This document shows, one piece after another, positions 61,480-64,000 of a stretch of 64,000 nt of DNA. A program made the position numbers and the translations under genes. The notes under the pieces are model-generated. The model made no database searches. It was not told the DNA's origin and saw only the letters and a program-made list of their open reading frames with translations. Source of the DNA: an uncultured delta proteobacterium (GTDB lineage Bacteria; Myxococcota_A; Polyangia; Polyangiales; Polyangiaceae); assembly GCA_963850305.1 (NCBI GenBank), contig CAWKKR010000007.1:736001-800000 (forward strand). The letters run 5' to 3'. Positions within the stretch are counted from its first letter, which is position 1. The number at the start of each line of letters is the position of its first letter.

Positions 61480-62715
61480 ATGAGCGAGCCGAGCCCTGCG
61501 CGGCGAGGGGCGCCGCCCAAGAAGCCCGTGGTCGGACAAGTTTCCCGGCGCCGCCACGAGTGGGTGGAAGCATCGAACGGCGATGCCGTCGAATCGTGGA
61601 AGCGGCAGGTCTTCGCGCGCGTCGACGACGATCGTCTGCTCGCCGGCAATGGCCCGCGCGTGCGCATCCGAGCGACGTTCGCATTCTTCGGCCTCGCCGC
61701 GCTCGCCGGAGCCAGGCGGGGGCCCATCGGATCGCTCGAGATGGCCGTGTTGCTGTCGTCCGTGTGCTTCGTTCAGGAGTTGCCTCGCGCCCTGCTCGGC
61801 CTCGCCTTGCGCCGCAGCGCCCTCGTTCGGATTTCCGCGACGGGGACCGATACGACGCTCTCCGGTCCGGCGCTCCGCGGGGTCTGGGCCGTTCTGTACG
61901 CCGTCATCGGGAGCGTCGCGAACCTGGCATTTTCCGCGCTGGCGCTCGTGTTGGCGACGTTCGTTCGCCCGTCCGTTGCCGAGGCCTTCTCGACTCTGGC
62001 CTGCGGCCACGCGCTGTGGGCCATCGCGTCGCTTCTTCCGATCCTGCCGTTCCGCGCGGGCAGCGCGATCTCGGCTCGTCTCGAACCCTCGGCTCGGTTC
62101 CTGCACGGAGTGATCTCGTGCACGGTCGTCGTCGCGCTTGGAGGAGTCCTCGCGCTCTGGCTGCGGGCGCCCGTCGTGCTCGGCATATTCTTGCTCGTGG
62201 TGTTCGCCGGTGCTTTCAAGGTTCGACAGGCGTTCGCGGAGAGTCGTGACCTTCAAGCCGGAGTGGACAGGTTCCTCGAGCGCGCGACCGCCGAGCTTTG
62301 CACGGACCCGGAGCGCGCATGCGAGCTCGCGCGACAAGGACTGGCGGCGGCCCTGTCGGCGCCGGCGCAGCAACGGGCATGGAAAGCTCTGGCATGGGCC
62401 GCCATCGGAAAAAAAGATCCATTCCTTGCGCACGATGCCCTGCTCCACTTGCCCGCGGAGGCGATCGACGCGCACCTCCTCGCGTCGTACTTGACCACGT
62501 GTAACCGCGTCGACGAAGCCGTCGAAGTCCTCACCTTCGAGCGCAGCCACGGACGAAAGAGCCGCGAAGCGACGAAGCTACTCGCCGACCTCACCTTCCG
62601 CAAGGGCGACTACGATGCGGTGCTCGGCCTCGTGCGCGACGACGAAGCGCTCCTGACCGACGAGGACCGAAGCGCGATCCGCATGGCGCTCGACGCTCGG
62701 TCGTGCGCGGGATGA
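61480..62715 (+). CDS. Degenerate site-2 protease (M50)-like membrane protein with C-terminal TPR region
   Basis: RVRI..F, VCFVQELPRAL (HExxH position), GSVAN, SLLPILPFRAG (NLLPxxPLDGG position), then TPR-like helices. Confidence 0.65.
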   Translation: MSEPSPARRGAPPKKPVVGQVSRRRHEWVEASNGDAVESWKRQVFARVDDDRLLAGNGPRVRIRATFAFFGLAALAGARRGPIGSLEMAVLLSSVCFVQELPRALLGLALRRSALVRISATGTDTTLSGPALRGVWAVLYAVIGSVANLAFSALALVLATFVRPSVAEAFSTLACGHALWAIASLLPILPFRAGSAISARLEPSARFLHGVISCTVVVALGGVLALWLRAPVVLGIFLLVVFAGAFKVRQAFAESRDLQAGVDRFLERATAELCTDPERACELARQGLAAALSAPAQQRAWKALAWAAIGKKDPFLAHDALLHLPAEAIDAHLLASYLTTCNRVDEAVEVLTFERSHGRKSREATKLLADLTFRKGDYDAVLGLVRDDEALLTDEDRSAIRMALDARSCAG

Positions 62716-63325
62716 CGCTCAGAGAAGCCGCAGTCACGATCCGCGCGCGCTCCGCCCCGCACCCGGAGGCGCGGCTCCACTCCCGATTGGAAGTCGGCCC
62801 GGATGAGGCAGCGGGAGCGGCATCGGGATGGGGAGAAGAGGGTCGTGGGGCCCGTTCGCCGAAGGCAAACACGACATCTTTCGGAATGACTTTGCGGTCT
62901 TCGATTTCGAATTGGGCGCCGACGAGATCCCTCCCGACTGGCGTCTCGGGCCACCCTAGCCAGCGGTTCGGAGCCGCCGCCATCAGGGGTCGGCCCTCGT
63001 CGAGAGGCGAGGAAGCGTCCGTCGCTCGCGAAAGGCGGTTCACGCGGCGCGAGGAGGCACTCACGCTATGGCGGCGTGTGATCGCTGCTACGATGAGGAG
63101 AGGAAACGGTGCCTCGAAAGACGCGCCCGGAATCCTCTTTCGAGAATGTTTCCGCCCGATGAAAGCGACTTTGCGTCGAGGCGCTCCGTGAAGGACCGGC
63201 CTCCGGACCGCACCAGAAATCGCGCTCGAATCCGGTCGTGGCCTTCGGGTCTGCGAGCGGCCCCGGATTCGCGAGTATAGATCTCTGCGAGCGACGAACG
63301 CTTCGACCTGGAAAGGGCACAGGCC

Positions 63326-64000
63326 ATGGACGCCGACACTCCCATGGGCGAGAAAAAGGTTATCGACGGGCGCCTTCGCGTCTTTTACTACGGCTACTGG
63401 ATCAAAGCGTACGAAGTTCCTGCAGACACGCTCCTCGCGAAGAAGCGGCTCATCGAAGCGCTCACGCGGCGGCTCTTCAACCACGTCGAGCACGGCGTGA
63501 ACGTGCCTGGACAGCGCCTCGACGAGGCGCGACGAGCGTTCGACGCGGAAACGAGCCCCGAGGGCCGTCGCGTGAAGGCCGCGATGCTCGCGGGCGCGCT
63601 CTTCAACCGCGCGACGGACGTGTTCACGAAGCTCGTCGAAATTCAAGCGCTCGGCATCGAGATCCACCACGACAATGCGCTCATGCGAGAGTGCGGCGAG
63701 CACCTGCAAGAAGCCCTCGCGCTCGGGAAGATGGTGCTGCACAGGAGCGGCGAAGAAGGCATCGACGAACTGTGGGGCGAGCCGTTCAAGGCGTTCGCGT
63801 ACCCGATCGCCGACTTTTATAGGACCCGCTACGTCAAGATCGCCCAGACCATGGGCGCCATCGACCGCATCGCGGAAGCGCTCCAGCGCACGTTCGACGG
63901 CGTCCCCGCCTTTGCCGGAATCGGGCCAGCCATCCGCGATTTCGCGTCCGCCGCGAAGTGCAAATGCGAGACCCTCCGCACCGACGACGACATCTTCGAC
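63326..64000 (+). CDS. Hypothetical protein, runs off the window end
   Basis: GAAAGGG RBS and ATG 63326: MDADTPMGEKKVIDGRLRVFYYGYWIKAYE...LTRRLFNHVEHG...GIDELWGEPF; strongly GC3-biased open frame. Confidence 0.85.
   Translation, partial: MDADTPMGEKKVIDGRLRVFYYGYWIKAYEVPADTLLAKKRLIEALTRRLFNHVEHGVNVPGQRLDEARRAFDAETSPEGRRVKAAMLAGALFNRATDVFTKLVEIQALGIEIHHDNALMRECGEHLQEALALGKMVLHRSGEEGIDELWGEPFKAFAYPIADFYRTRYVKIAQTMGAIDRIAEALQRTFDGVPAFAGIGPAIRDFASAAKCKCETLRTDDDIFD

Noticed and set aside
63060..63300. Cobalamin or c-di-AMP (ydaO) riboswitch near kdp
   Set aside because: Conserved core motifs of these riboswitches could not be located; only a generic hairpin is supported.

Overview
High-GC bacterial chromosomal segment whose gene content (giant TPR proteins, gspC-N layout, sigma-54 boxes, Cys-rich lipoproteins) suggests a myxobacterium, probably Polyangiaceae/Sorangiineae-like (inference). 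In order: 3' end of a giant TPR gene; DUF374; class IV aminotransferase; ridA-recR-dnaX; a membrane histidine kinase / 2Fe-2S ferredoxin / NtrC-type regulator module; a complete type II secretion operon (gspC-N) behind a sigma-54 promoter; a ~1770-codon EAD-like/pseudokinase/TPR gene; ftsB; a flippase and two tandem GT4 genes; a structured tandem repeat; a 1-Cys peroxiredoxin; an APH/AAA fusion; a DUF4185 lipoprotein; cusCBA preceded by a Cys/His-rich RGPP leader ORF; a HlyD-ABC exporter; and kdpFABCD with a truncated kdpE. Many single-base indels split genes, very densely in cusA and kdpABC, and are probably long-read or polishing errors. The most interesting signals are: (1) three promoters beside kdp that share an 11-21-11-spaced four-half-site array, linking kdp to a catalytically dead site-2-protease-TPR gene and a USP relic; (2) a candidate ribosome-arrest metal-sensing uORF whose 3' end is complementary to the cusC Shine-Dalgarno; (3) a TGNCA-N3-TGNCG enhancer motif shared by the T2SS promoter and its neighbouring activator gene; (4) the EAD-pseudokinase-TPR giant protein. 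No rRNA, tRNA, CRISPR array or transposase was seen.
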